DNA of 64,000 nucleotides from Antedon mediterranea. Taxonomy: Eukaryota; Animalia; Echinodermata. Position numbers and translations under genes: made by a program. Below, piece after piece: positions 13,174 to 26,559 of the stretch. The DNA is taken from NCBI RefSeq assembly GCF_964355755.1, contig NC_092670.1, positions 38,924,388 through 38,988,387 of the forward strand. Reading direction: 5' to 3'. The stretch's first letter is position 1; every line of letters begins with the position of its first letter. The notes beneath the pieces are model-generated. The model saw only the letters and a program-made list of their open reading frames with translations. It was not told the DNA's origin and searched no databases.

Positions 13174-13413
13174 ACTGTAGTTAACCACTTCAGAGATCTC
13201 CAGTGATGATGATGATATGATAAATGTGGTTGTGAACAGTATTAAAGACATATTGATATTAAGTCAAAGTTTATGTACTCGGAGTTCAATGTAAAATTAA
13301 GAATGATCAATGTAGAATCATATCTATACGGTAAATACACTGTGAAGTCACTCCAGCATTTGTCACAAATACAGTAGTTTTCAAGTGACAATTTGATTAG
13401 ATGGCAGTTACTT

Positions 13414-13722
13414 ACATATTGTCTCCCCAAAACATGAAAAATAAAGATTTATAAAGTCAGACTTTGAATAGATTATTTTGTAGTTTTAATAAAGTTAACT
13501 TCCTTAGAAAAAAAAGAAATAAAATGACACAATAAATGGTTAAATTCAACCAAAAACCCATTGGCTGTCAGCCAATTTGACTGTTTTTTTTGCTTTAAAT
13601 TACAGTTATTGACAATGATAGGTAAAAATATTTCTTTCGATCCAACTATTAGGTGACATTAAAATGACATATTCAACAAAATATGTTGTAAGAATTATTT
13701 TTGTCAGGGGAACAATACATCT
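13414..13722 (+). mobile_element. MITE family C copy (diverged)
   Basis: catattgtctcccc...ggggaacaatacatct-ttaa with shared interior (tcagacttt, acattaaaatg). Confidence 0.65.
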
Positions 13723-14425
13723 TTAATCTTAAATAAAATTAATTTATAACTATGAGGTATACTATTAAAAAATAAATTAAACAAGTATCTGAAATTCAGA
13801 TCTGTAATGAGATGAAGAAAAGAAGCTTTTTTATTCAAAACTCTTGAACATTTTTTGTCATTGCACCTACAATAGTGTATACAGAAGGCTGATCCTTGCT
13901 ATTAAGTCTGTTCTTAATTGAATGTGTCTTTTCCTGCTGTCTGGAATTTGTCTGCCATCTAACTTCTAGGCAGTCATAAATTTAGAAAAAAAAAAGGATT
14001 AAATTGTCTTTTGGGACCCAATACTTTCACTTGATTAAAACCGGGTTAGCCTTCTTTTTTTTATCCTTCTTAGAACACTCATTCTGATGGGTTATAATTG
14101 GTGCAATGGTAACCCCATAACTATATGTAGGTTATCATTGCTTGGGAGAACCCTGTGGTCAGTTTGTCCCTAACCGTATGGATACAGACAGTAATTGCAA
14201 CTTCCTATACTTTCGTTTAATTACACTGTGCAGTAGCTACAATGTCTTACCCTAGAGATTTGGAAAGCAGCATGTATGAATGTCTTGCTACAAGTCATGT
14301 GACATCCATTAGTGCAATTCATAACTTCCTGGATCTTAAAGTTATTAAACATAAAATTCATGTTTCATTTTTATGTTATTAGTAATTAATAGTCCATTGC
14401 ATTTATTAAATTTTGCTTTATTATA

Positions 14426-14696
14426 AAAGTACTGCATACAGGAGAACATGGGAAGGAACATCCAGAGGGGCGGGGCATATAAGCACTTGCTTCAGGAGAA
14501 CATGGGAAGGAACATCCAGAGGGGCGGGGCATATAAGCACTTGCTTTAAGACAAAGTACTGCATACAGGAGAACATGGGAAGGAACATCCAGAGGGGCGG
14601 GGCATATAAGCACTTGCTTTAAGACAAAGTACTGCACAGGAGAACATGGGAAGGAACATCCAGAGGGGCGGGGCATATAAGCACTTGCTTTAAGAC
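14426..14696. repeat. Intronic tandem repeat, 4 copies of a 54-73-bp unit containing GGGGCGGGGC-ATATAAG
   Basis: Core caggagaacatgggaaggaacatccagaggggcggggcatataagcacttgctt at ~14439, 14493, 14566 and 14637. Confidence 0.9.
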
Positions 14697-14770
14697 CAAC
14701 AACAAAGTAAAAACCAAGTAAATACAAATTAAAAATAAATCTAACATAATACTTTTTTTTTGTTATATAG

Positions 14771-17700
14771 AATCTGGCACTGGAAAACCATCTTCATCAG
14801 GCAGTAAAAGAAAAACGAAAAATCGGAATACCGGAGAGAGAAAAACAAAGCATATGAACATTTCTGGAAAAACTAAAAACAAAAGAATGGTTCGTGGCCT
14901 AAGAGAAAAAAAGAGCAGTGATAAAAATGTAACGCAATTACAAGATAAAGGAAACAATAATATGCAGATTCAAACCAAAGACACTGATGTCAATCAACAG
15001 TTAATTGAACAACTATCAACTGAACCTGCTAAAAAGGACAAGTATGATTTAATAAAGGAGAGGAGTGCACGGACAACAAAACAGACTAACCCGAAGGAAA
15101 ACTCTCCAAAGAAAAGTCCTACTAAAACTGGACACCATAAGGTTATTATGCCTCAGAAAGGAAGCCTGGATCTTCCTCAAGACACGGGACAATTTATTGA
15201 AAAAGATAAAGATGTTGCTGTAAATACTGCAGTTGTGCAGAAAGACACTGAGCAAGAAGCAGCAGACAAACAGCAAGCTCTGGAAGCTCTGCTTCATATA
15301 TCTGGTGTTGAATTGAACTCATTTTCTCAAGAGAAAAAAGAATCACAGGTAGTAGAAACGGGGAAAAAATCTACTGAGAACAAAGAGCCTGTCAAGGAAC
15401 AATATGATGTTCCGCTTACACAAGCTGATTCGCCTGGACAAGACAAAAATGTTAGTTCAGAATCTAGCAATGTTTTGAGAATTGATGAAACGGAAATTGG
15501 TGTGAAATACCAATTGAAATCAGACTCTTTAGAAGAGCAAGGTTTAAAATTAACCTACACTGCACCAACTGCAGCTGATTATGACTTAAATCCAGTTAGT
15601 TATGGTGTTTACAGGCCAAATCGACCTAAATCTGTTATTACACTCGATAAACAAGATTCTGATTGTGCAGAGTTTGACAAAGATAAAGGAAAACGTATCG
15701 GAAAACATGTTTGTGAGTTTTGTGGGCGAAGATGCCTGAAGCCCAGTGTGTTAAAAAAACACATTCGTTCTCACACTGGAGAACGACCATATCCGTGTAT
15801 ACCTTGTGGATTCTCCTTCAAAACAAAAAGTAATCTTTATAAACATCGGAAATCGCATGCTCATGCAATAAAAGCAGGAATCACTCCAAATCTTGAAGGG
15901 ATTAAAGTTATGGAGGATGATGAAAATGATTCTGAAGAAACAGAAAGCGAAGATGAAATGGAAATTGATGAAGGAGTTGATGCAATAAATGATGAGTTAG
16001 ATGAAAGGCTTCATCAGGGTAAACGCTTTGAAAATATAACTAAAGCTGCTGTTGAAGAATCATTATATATTGGGAAGAATTTGTCAGGCATTCCTGGACA
16101 AACATCATTGTTCTCTGGTGAGGCACCTCACACACCTGCAACTATTGGAAGACATCGTTTGACACAAGTGTTTCCATTAAGTAATCCATCACCTTCAGAG
16201 GCACGAGTAATGCAAGGGGAAATCTATATGAACAGAGAGAGAATAATTAAAAACTCAGTAACTGAAAATCAGAGTTTATTAACCATGTCAAGCACACCTT
16301 GTACAAGTCTTTCACCAGTTGTAAATAAAGGAAGTAAAACTGACACTGATAAGTTATCAAGAGAGCAATCGCAAGGAGATACAGGTTGTGGACAGGTGTT
16401 AGATAACCTGCGCTCAAAGGATGTGGCTGGATTCCGAATTGACATGGAAACAGGACGTGCAATGCCTATACTTCATACACAACTTGGTAGCTCGGATCAA
16501 CCTGATGCAGTTACTGAAAATCCTGAAAAAAAAATTGATGATAATTCAACAAATAATGATATAGACTCTGCAAAACTAATGATACCACTTACAAACTTTA
16601 GCATTGTGAAATCAGGGGGTCAGTTTCATGTGCAAATACCAGTCCAGGGAATATTAGAGTCTGCTATTGTGAAGGATTCCGAGAATTTACTGACAGATAA
16701 AACAAAAGATGTCTCTGGTATTCATGAGAAAAGGGACTCAATTGACATTGAAAAAATAATTCAAAGAACACCAGCCATATCTGAAAAAATTGTGTCCAAT
16801 AAGGTTAAGTCGCATCTACCATTTTTTTCTGTTGGAGACACATTAAAAACGACACAATTTAATTATACATCAACAGACTCACGTTTAAGAACTGTAGGTA
16901 ATGAAAGCCAAACTCAACCAAGATCTAGATCAATATCGGAAAGCATTATTATGAGTACTCAACCACATTCACGAAGTTCACAAGGCCTGCCATTTTCAAC
17001 AACACCATTTTCTCAGGTTTCGGTTGTAAGTTCTCAATTAGGACAACATGGTACTATTGCAAGCAGTATCTTTGAGGGTAATAAAATGTGGCCTCAACCA
17101 AAAACAAACTTAATTTCACCAAGAAAGATAGCAACTTCAAGTCCAGTTATACAATATTCCCCAAGCATTTCAGAAACAAAGAACAATAAAACTGGTTCAG
17201 ATTCAAGTATAGTTACAAACAAAGTGACTGAATCTTTTTCTCATTCAAGTCACAATAAACCTCCATACAAAATGTATCCTGCTATAACTCTGCCACATGA
17301 CAATTCACCGTTGTTGTTAGCAGGAACAAATAAACATACTCTTCTGCCACAAACAATGGTTTCACCAGGTTTTCGGCAACAACCAACAAGTAACCAAAGT
17401 TATTCAAGGTATCAAACATTGGAAGAAACGCAAGCAGCATTGAGGGCAGCACAACCAAAACTATTCAAGCGACGAAAGTATAAATCTGAAGGAGACTCGA
17501 TGCCTTCTGATTTGAATCTTCCGAAGAAACGTGGAAGAAAACCCAAACATGAAAGAATTGCAATTGATAGAGTGCCTACACCAACAAGACCCATGGCACC
17601 TGTTCCATTTCTGCCGACACTTCCACCAGTACCTCAAAGTCCTCTTGCTATATCAACAGCAGGTACAACAGTCAAGACACCAATGCTTTCATCTCTACAT

Positions 17701-20700
17701 TTTGCACATTTTCCTTCACTGGATAATGCATCAATTAGACATTCCATGGCTTCCCCTTCAAGTTCTGTAATTAATACAAATACACGAATCTCTTCAAGTG
17801 TTAGTCTCTCAATTCCCGGACCATCATCAAATATTCACTCAAATACACCATCATCAATGTTCTCAGGGACAACACAGTTTACTTCTGTTCAGAGTGCACC
17901 TTATACATCATACATTTCTACAACTGTAACATCAAGAACACAAGGAGTTTCTGCAAGAGTTCAGAACTATTCTAAAATTGTACAAGAGGTTTCACGGACA
18001 CCTGAAGTTCCAGCATATCATCCAATTAGCCTCCAGTCACCACTTCCTGGCCCGTCATCTTCAATAAGTGGTTGGCCAAAACGACAAAGAGGTGTGTCTC
18101 CTAAAACACAAGATTATGGTAGGCCTAGACCTCTTATGCCAATCTCTGATATGACACACAGATCAGGAGGAGATGGAGATGACAAGAATGCAAGACACAA
18201 TATTGAATCAACTGTTAGTCCTGAACTTAAGCAAGTTTTACCTCATCCTGGCTTATTAAAAATGTCAGAAAGGTTAAGTCAACCTAATTTAGGAGGAGAC
18301 AATTTGAGCCAGCCAAAAATAGGATCAGATAGTTTAAGCCGGCTGAAGTTGGGATCAGAAGGTTTAAGTCGGCCAAAGTTGGGATCAGATGGTTTGAGCC
18401 GACCTACTTTAGGATCAAAACCTAGTCGAAAAAATCTTACCCTAGACATTCCATCGTTTGGAAGCTTGAAACATCCGACAGTTACCAAGGCTAGTAAATG
18501 CACAACACCAATTGAGTATGTTGCAAAGACTTTACTTTCACCAGAGGCATTTTCAATCGCACAGTCTGTAGTTAAGTTAGCATCTCCTATGAAAACTAAA
18601 CCAGATGGTACTCCTACTACACCAGTGGAGGCTGCAAGAGAATTGGGACGTCTAGCAGCTCATGCTGCTTTTGCCAATGCTGGAGGAAAGGTGGAAAACA
18701 TTTTGAGTCCAATGATTCCTTCGATGACTACTTCACAAGGATCTATTGTTGTGGGACCTATTACAACTCCTACTACATCAGGACCACAAAAACAATTTTT
18801 TGTTCTACCATCTCCATCGAAAACCCACAATCCTGGTTTTCCTTCACCATATGATAATCTATTACTGAAAAAACAGGTTCCAGTAATAACAAATTTTTCA
18901 ACTGCATCTCCTCCAGTTAGTGTTCAGACTCCTGTACAGACACCTCATAAGCCACCTGTTTTATTTAACACAAGCCCAACAACATCGCAGGTGATTTCGC
19001 CAAAAGTGAGATCTCAACCAATCCATCCGCATTCAGCATCAACAGTGCCACAGACTGAATATCACACAGTTATAAATAAATCTTTTCAACCAAGTCGTTC
19101 AAGTCAAGGTCAAACAATAGCGTTTGTTCATGGTTTACCAACTTACCAAACAAAACCCAGACTACGGACAAGTGCTCTACATAAGATTGATGAAACGGTT
19201 ATTACGAATGAAGGAGTTAAAACTATTCCAACACCTCTCAAGTACCTGTATAAAAATGCAGTGGGAAGCCATAGCAATACAACACCTATGTTTACTTGTT
19301 TGTATCGTACTCAGCCAATGTATGTAAAACAGCAATCCAACTACAAAGTGTCTATGTATTCTAATTGGAGATCTGGATCGAACAGCCTGCATCCGCTTGG
19401 TATGAGCTGGAAAGCTCATCTAGGACTTAATGACTCCAGTCGTAACCGTAGACCAAGAATGGTTTACATGGTGTCTCCTTTATCGAAAGATCAAAATGGT
19501 ATCTTGACGCATTCTAGCATGTGGAGAAGGGAAGACCATCGCACAAACCAGCATAACATTCCAAATATTAAACAGCAGCAAACAGAGTCGTCCTCCAGAA
19601 GAGAAATCAATGCAAACTTTCCTCATAAACTCTTTCGTCATGGCAGAACACACCATCGAAGAACAGAAAGTGAGTCTGCTGTGATGGACTGCAAATCGAA
19701 AGAAAGGAAAATGAAAGATCTTGGAAAGCATGAACCTTTAAGAGTTCCAATCTTTGAAGGAGGATTTAAATCTAATGAGGAATATGTTTATGTCAGAGGT
19801 AGAGGAAGAGGAAAGTATGTTTGTGAAGAATGTGGAATTCGTTGTAAAAAACCTAGCATGCTTAAAAAGCATATAAGGACACACACAGATATGCGACCAT
19901 ATAAGTGTTCAATTTGTAACTTTGCTTTCAAAACCAAAGGAAATCTTACAAAGCACATGAAATCAAAAGCACACAACAAGAAAACCGTCTCAACTGGGGA
20001 TGATGCAGATCTTGGTAATCTAGATGATGATGATGACAGAATCGATGAAGATGATTATGATAATGATCATCAGTTCTCCGATGCAGATGAGAATGAGGAT
20101 ACTGATTCTGCTGATGGAGAATCATCAGAAGATGATGAAGAAGAGGATGATGAGGTGGAACCCAGAACTTTAGAGCATGCTTTTCTTAGAAGGAAAAGAA
20201 GTCATGGTTCGTTACCAGACATATCTGGTTTTGCTGGAAGTAGTGAGTACCACTTTTCGTCAATTGATGCAGGTAGTTTACCATCTCTTCATTCAACTAG
20301 AGGAGAACAAAACTCAGATTCATCTGATGGAATACCAGCTAGACGTTCTTTGAAAAGGTCTTACAGTGAAAGTTTAGATAAAGTCAGAAAATCTGACAAT
20401 CTACCAGATTCTTTGAAATCTCATTTCAATTATTTTACTGTAGAATCTGGAAAAGCGGAAGAACGAAAACCAACAAGATCAGAAGTCGTTGGAAAGCTTA
20501 CACAACATTTAACCAATAAGAACCTAGAAAAACTAAGAGCACAAACTCAGAGCCAGCCTTTGGTGACAGCTCCGAAAATGCAAAGTGGTAGTAATAAATC
20601 ATTTGATATTACTCAGTTACCTCTGCCACACACAGGAATCCTGCATATGCCAACATTCCAACCAAGCTACGGTTTGTCGGTCTTAAACATTAATTCTGGA

Positions 20701-21171
20701 TTGCCAAGTTTTGGGAATCAAAAGCCGGCACATTCCATTCCTATGGGATCAAACTACAGGATATCGGCAAAGATCCATGAGGCTGCTAAATTTGAGAGCT
20801 CACAGGTAAATTCAGTATCAAAATTAGAAGAAACAGACATTGCTACCAGAAAAAATGTTGCCCTCCCAATGCACACACCATTTCAGAAAGCACATATGAA
20901 AGCTGCGTCAACAGAACCAAACAGATTCAAGGCACATTCAGAGGTGCCTTTGAAGAGTGTACCAAGTACAGAAAGCATTCATATAATTCCACCAGGAAGT
21001 GTAGGATCAGTCTATATTCCTGTGTCTTCTGTTCTCCAGTGCGGCATTATTCCTCCAACAACGGCACCTTATTCCTCGGGACAGTTTGTTTTCACATTTC
21101 CTGTTTCTCATCCGAACACAAGTTCTGCTGAGCCTGATGTTGTATTACCAAGTCCTCATGCAAAAGTAAAG
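14771..21171 (+). CDS. shn: Schnurri/HIVEP (ZAS family) zinc-finger transcription factor, main 6.4-kb exon
   Basis: Acceptor tatag|aa, donor aag|gtaacc. N-terminal pair CEFCGRRCLKPSVLKKHIRSHTGERPYPCIPCGFSFKTKSNLYKHRKSHAH and second pair GGFKSNEEYVYVRGRGRGKYVCEECGIRCKKPSMLKKHIRTHTD...KTKGNLTKHMKSKAH, each followed by an acidic tract, are hallmark HIVEP/Shn sequences. Confidence 0.95.
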
Positions 21172-21376
21172 GTAACCTTTTTATTTTTAGTTTTCTGAAT
21201 ATTTTCTGGAAAACACAAAAGAAACAAAATGCAGATCCTTCGAACTGCGTCCTTTGTAAGATTTTAGATTCCACTATAAAGAGTGCAATGAGCAGTTTTT
21301 GAGAAATCTTAATAGTCTTTAATGTGAAATTTACTTTATTACGTACGATTAATGTATTTTTTTTGTATTAATCCAG

Positions 21377-22537
21377 GAAGTTCAAAGTACATCTCCAAGG
21401 ATACTGTCGGCAAAACCGAGTGACCTTTCACCAGCGCAAACAAAGATCTCCACTTCACACAATACAGAGGAAAGGAGTCATGGTTTTCATAAAATGCCAT
21501 TTTCAGGAATAGTGGCGAAAAGAAAACGGTTACAGGCCAGTGAAAATATCTCATCTGCATATGCACGTCAAGCACAAATACCTGATGAAACATTGAAAAG
21601 GTTAAAGTATGGTAATCCTGACATGAACTCTGACCTGCAATCATTAGTGAATACTTCAAGGATCTCTCTGTCAAAATCTGGACTTCACCATATTATAGAA
21701 GCTCCTCAAGCTCAATTTATACCACCACCACTCCCAGAATTATCCAGTCATCACTCACCAGTACTTACATCCTCATACATCAGTAACGTATCAAGAGTTC
21801 CGCTAATTTCTCCAATGACGCCTTCAAGAATGTCTCAACTACCATCGACGATTCTTACCACTTCAGAGGTCAATGCCCCTCTAGTGCAACACAAACAACT
21901 TGATTCTTATAAAGAAAAACAATTAATGCCATCTTCATCATCTGGTGAAGTTAGTAAATCAACAGACACAGCTCACAAAAGAATTATCGAAATCGATAAC
22001 AGTGATGCTGAAGGCATTCCGTCTCCCACAGCCACAAGAGGTGGTTTTCACAAATGTAATGTTTGTTTAAAGGATTTTACAAAACCTAGTCAACTTCGCA
22101 TCCACATGAGAACTCACGCGGACGAACATCCTTTTAGTTGTGAAGAGTGCTCACTGTCATTTCGCACAAGAGGTCTACTTCAAAAACACGAGCGTTCTCC
22201 CGTTCACTTCTCCCACGTTGAAGCGGTCGAACTATCGACTGAAAACGCGGACGATCCAAGACCTTTCAAGTGTAAAGAATGCTCAATCGCATTTAGGATT
22301 CCCGGACATCTTGCCAAACACCTGCGTTCTAAAGGACATATCATGGCAATGGAACGTCAAGGGAAATCGCTGCGACATCGGTTAGGAAGTATGGATGGAT
22401 CACCGACGAAAGACGACAGGCTTGATGATCAAGAAGATGAGAATACTGATAGTGCCAGTGAAGGAGAGCATGAGAAAGTTGTAGTAGAACATGTCCAACA
22501 GGTTGAATACGTACACCAACCTGATCATTCTGATTAG
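21377..22537 (+). CDS. shn: Schnurri/HIVEP last coding exon with C-terminal C2H2 triplet
   Basis: 205-bp intron; acceptor ccag|gaa in phase 0, in frame with ORF 21494-22537. Three fingers: CNVC...KPSQLRIHMRTH, CEEC...HERSPVH, DPRPFKCKECSIAFRIPGHLAKHLRSKGH. Confidence 0.92.
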   Translation, partial: EVQSTSPRILSAKPSDLSPAQTKISTSHNTEERSHGFHKMPFSGIVAKRKRLQASENISSAYARQAQIPDETLKRLKYGNPDMNSDLQSLVNTSRISLSKSGLHHIIEAPQAQFIPPPLPELSSHHSPVLTSSYISNVSRVPLISPMTPSRMSQLPSTILTTSEVNAPLVQHKQLDSYKEKQLMPSSSSGEVSKSTDTAHKRIIEIDNSDAEGIPSPTATRGGFHKCNVCLKDFTKPSQLRIHMRTHADEHPFSCEECSLSFRTRGLLQKHERSPVHFSHVEAVELSTENADDPRPFKCKECSIAFRIPGHLAKHLRSKGHIMAMERQGKSLRHRLGSMDGSPTKDDRLDDQEDENTDSASEGEHEKVVVEHVQQVEYVHQPDHSD

Positions 22538-25221
22538 CATTTACCTTCCTTCTTATACCATTCCACTTGTTACTCAATTTATTTTCAATTATTATTTATT
22601 CAACTTTCAAAGGGTATTAGAATGTGCTAGTCTCCCAAGAATAAAATACTAGAAAATGTTTATTTCCTAACCATTTGTTTTTATAAAACAATAAAAGGTT
22701 GGAACGACCAGAAAGATAAGTTTAAAATACTTTTATTTTACAAAAAAGGTAGATCATATATACAGTACAGAATATACTTAACTCTATTGGCAGACAAACA
22801 ATACTACAGTATTTTAAAAGTTATTATGATTTAATTTTTAAGTTTGATTAGTTAACTACTGTACTCATTCAGCTGAAGATGTATAACTAAAGTTTTAATA
22901 GATTCAAATTTTTAAATAATTTGAAAGGTATGAGATCAACAAAAACTATATGTTCAATGCCCACCAAAGAAATACTAAATATTATTTAATAATTAATGCA
23001 TAATAATGTACTAAATCCAATCCACAGTATCTCCCATAGTAATATAAGTATACAAATATTAAAAGTACAGTACAGTAATATAATAATATATATGTATATG
23101 GGAGAAATGTCTAAAAGTAATAGTGTATTTGTTTTCCTTTAAACCAATATATATATATAACATATGTTACTTTATGGTATACTAGGCCTATTGACTATTT
23201 GATGTATTTAAGAATCTGTTTGTATTCATTATATGTTGTCCAAAGAATCAAAACATAACCATTACAAATTATGTCGTTAAGTCAAAAAGGCTGTTTATTT
23301 ATTTTATTTTTCTCAATATTTTAAAAAATCAATCAATTGTTACATAAGTTAACAGAAAATGATGTATTGCAACGACTCTGTAGAATTATTATAGCAAGTA
23401 ACTTTCTTGTTGCATTGGTTGTTTTTACATACTTAATGTTATAATTAGCTTTTATAAAGTTCTATTTTTTCAGTTTACAGACTATTGTTTTAGAACTATC
23501 GATTAAAACATTCAAATCCATCATTGATTAATATATAAGACTACTGCAGTAATTATGATTTTAGAAAAACTACTGCAGTAACTAAAATTTTAGATCAATA
23601 ATCTTAATTCTATTTTATGCATATTAGATTTTGAAGAAATCTTCAATGGATTTTTAAAGTCTTGTTAATGTTATTTTATTTTCAATTGAAAAGGTGTCAC
23701 TATATTTTAGAATCTGTATATTATTTTCATGGACATTTTTCGTCACTACCTCGCTAACAATGTACTTCTATCTTCAAAGTTTACTAGTACACCGTCAGTA
23801 TACCGTAAATCTTCGAAAGAAAGAAGCCCAGTGGGCTTAATCTTGAAGAATATTAAGGGCATTCGGTTACAGTGTAATCATGTCAGTACTTAAAACTACA
23901 GCTTACACCTTATAGAATATACCAATGCAGCTTCCTAGTCAAGACTTCTTAAAAGTAATCAATGAATAATTTGTTTGACCAAGGCAATCTAACAACAGGA
24001 CACTGAGCTCGCCTTGTCAAGATAGGAACTCGTAATAGTCATTTGATCTTATGTCTGGCTGCAACAAATACCAACAGAACTGTATAATGTACATATTCTC
24101 CGCAGCGGGGTGTCTGATAAGGGGCGTGGAACGCAGCCACAGATAAACCCTTTGATATCCGGCGCTCAGCATCCAGTTGTTAGATTGCCTTGTACTGCTA
24201 AACAACTTGTTGGTGGTACGTTGAGTGTAGCATTTCCCAATTCAAATCAAATGAAAAAAAAACTTGGAAAATCTAAAATAATACTTTACTGCACATTGTT
24301 TTGTCATAGTAGTTCAGTTTGTTCAGTAGTAACTAAGTAGTTTTTGTATGATTGCTTCTAATATTGTCCTGGTTTTTATTCATATTTAGCTTTTTTACGT
24401 CTATTTTTCACCTTGAATGTAGTGTTAACAAGGGAGTTCCATCAGGGAATTAAGCAAAATTTCTTTTATTTTAAAAATATGGTAACAGGGTTTACACAAA
24501 AATACAGTTCTAAAAGAACTAAAAAGTATCATGCGCGTATGTAAGCGTAAACAGAGAAATGTACAGAAAAAAAAATACTCAAAAGCCATTTTAAGTTTAT
24601 TTAATTTATATTTTGAGATGTGTTTGCTTGGTTTTAAATGTTTTCGATATTTTTTAAAGATTTGTGTTTTTAAAAAAGGCATAGGCCTACTGTTGGAAGT
24701 ATCTATATAAATTAGGTTTATTTTGAAGAATATGTTGACAAAGATGATTTACGGTAATGATTTAATAGATTTTTTTTTACAGAATCAAAAATGTACATAA
24801 TCCTTTATAACTATGTTTGAATATCCTTCATTGCATTATAGCTTTCAAAAAATATTATATTATTCATATATTGTATGAAATTATATAATAATTATATCGT
24901 CAAAAACGTGTTTACGATCTTAAAGATCTTTCGAAAGTCTAGATAATAGACAATCTTTTCATATTTGTTATTTATGTTGTTGACTGTGTTATATGTACAG
25001 AAGTGAATTTGCCGTGACTATAATGTTGATTAATATTAGACTGTAGTTGAGGTATATTTCAGAAATCGTAATGCCGTGTTATATATTGTAGATAACGGAC
25101 AAATATACATAACAAACAAAGTATATTCCTTATTGTCTTAATTTCAATTCTTTTATATTTTATATATATAATATATTTGTAATTCGCCTTTAATCCAAGA
25201 CATGTGGTTTTACCAATAAAA
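22538..25221 (+). other. Probable long AU-rich 3' UTR of the schnurri gene
   Basis: Very AT-rich, lacks recognisable transposons; candidate AATAAA near 25215 (earlier AATAAA sites also exist). Confidence 0.35.
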
Positions 25222-25236
25222 AGAGAAGGATCTTAA

Positions 25237-25380
25237 AGCTTGGTTCCCACTAGAGACGCAACGCAAGCGAGTTGACCAATGGCAAGCGACAGTTTGAATA
25301 TTATTTCATCGCTTGTAAATGGTCGTCAAATCACTTACGTTATGTTACGTACTTGTTGCGTCTCTAGTGGGAACCAAGCT
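25237..25380. mobile_element. MITE family B (TIR AGCTTGGTTCCCACTAG(A)GACGCAAC)
   Basis: TAA-AGCTTGGTTCCCACTAGAGACGCAAC...GTTGCGTCTCTAGTGGGAACCAAGCT-TTA. Confidence 0.9.
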
Positions 25381-26225
25381 TTAGCGATTGTCCTTTTCGT
25401 GGAAGAAGCCGTTGCATTACTGTACTGTCTCTCAACCTAAAGCTAGCCTACATAAAACTTTTGTTTGCAAGCTGGAGCAAATTCCGAGCCTTTGGCAAGC
25501 ATATTTTTTTGCAGTTTCCAAGTGTAGACCAGTTTGTAAACGTCGGCAAACTGCAGAAAACAAGTTTGGTTGTAAACATTCTTGACAAACTAGTTTGGTG
25601 ACGTTTGTGAATTCAGCGAATCAAATAACAGTCTCTGGGTGTTTTTCAGTCACGTGATGCTTCCAAATAGACAAAGTTTGCTAGACCAGTTGGTAAACAT
25701 CGGTAAATTGCAGAAAACTATAGTTTGCAGAAGTTTTGCATGTTTTCCCCATTCTTGCTGGTTTGCTGAGAGTTTTACGAATCAAATAGTCTTTGAGTGC
25801 TTTTTGTTTTGCATGTGATCCTCAAATAGACAAAAGTTCAAAGTTCAGTATAGTTTGAAATGGTATACTAGTAATGGCAGTGACACAACAGACACAACTT
25901 TGTTGTCCTTTTTGTTGTCCTTTTTGTTTCCCCGACGAGAAAACTAAATCTTGTGAAATGGATACTCTTGTTGTATGTACTGTACCAGTACTTTATTATT
26001 AAGTTTTAACTTATTACATTTTACATTATGGTCGCTAGACCTTTGTGAAATTGGCAGTTGGCATCGTATACATTACCTGTGTTTAACAGTTATTATGCCC
26101 ATTGCCTACAACTATTAGCTACAGTTATTCTTGAGGAAACTGAAATGATAGTTTCATCAGAATACCTACAGCTGAAAGCTATTATAGTATCATTCCATAT
26201 TATATTATGTTCTGATGCAGTCTAA

Positions 26226-26393
26226 AGCTCTGTCCACACTATCAAATTAGTTTGACAAAAAAAGTGTGATGTGCACAAATATGGTACCGATATGCTTAAA
26301 TATGGTAGTGATATGACATCATCATGTCTGTACTTTGTATATGGGACACATCACGTTTTTTTGTCACATAAAGTTTGATAGTGTAGCAGAGCT
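26226..26393. mobile_element. MITE family A copy
   Basis: TIRs and interior match the other copies. Confidence 0.85.
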
Positions 26394-26559
26394 TTACGAA
26401 ATATTTGACGGACCATCTCCATATCCGCAACACGTGACCTGTAACCTCTTCTCTTCATAGCATTTGATGTAAGTTATATAATAATTTAATATTTTTATTC
26501 CCATTATTTCATTTTCATTTATTCCACATTTATTTAGTCATCAATTACAGTACATCATA

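Noticed and set aside
21172-21198. Schnurri ending at 21198 with a separate 347-aa zinc-finger gene
   Set aside because: An in-frame GT-AG intron (21172-21376) joins the two ORFs.
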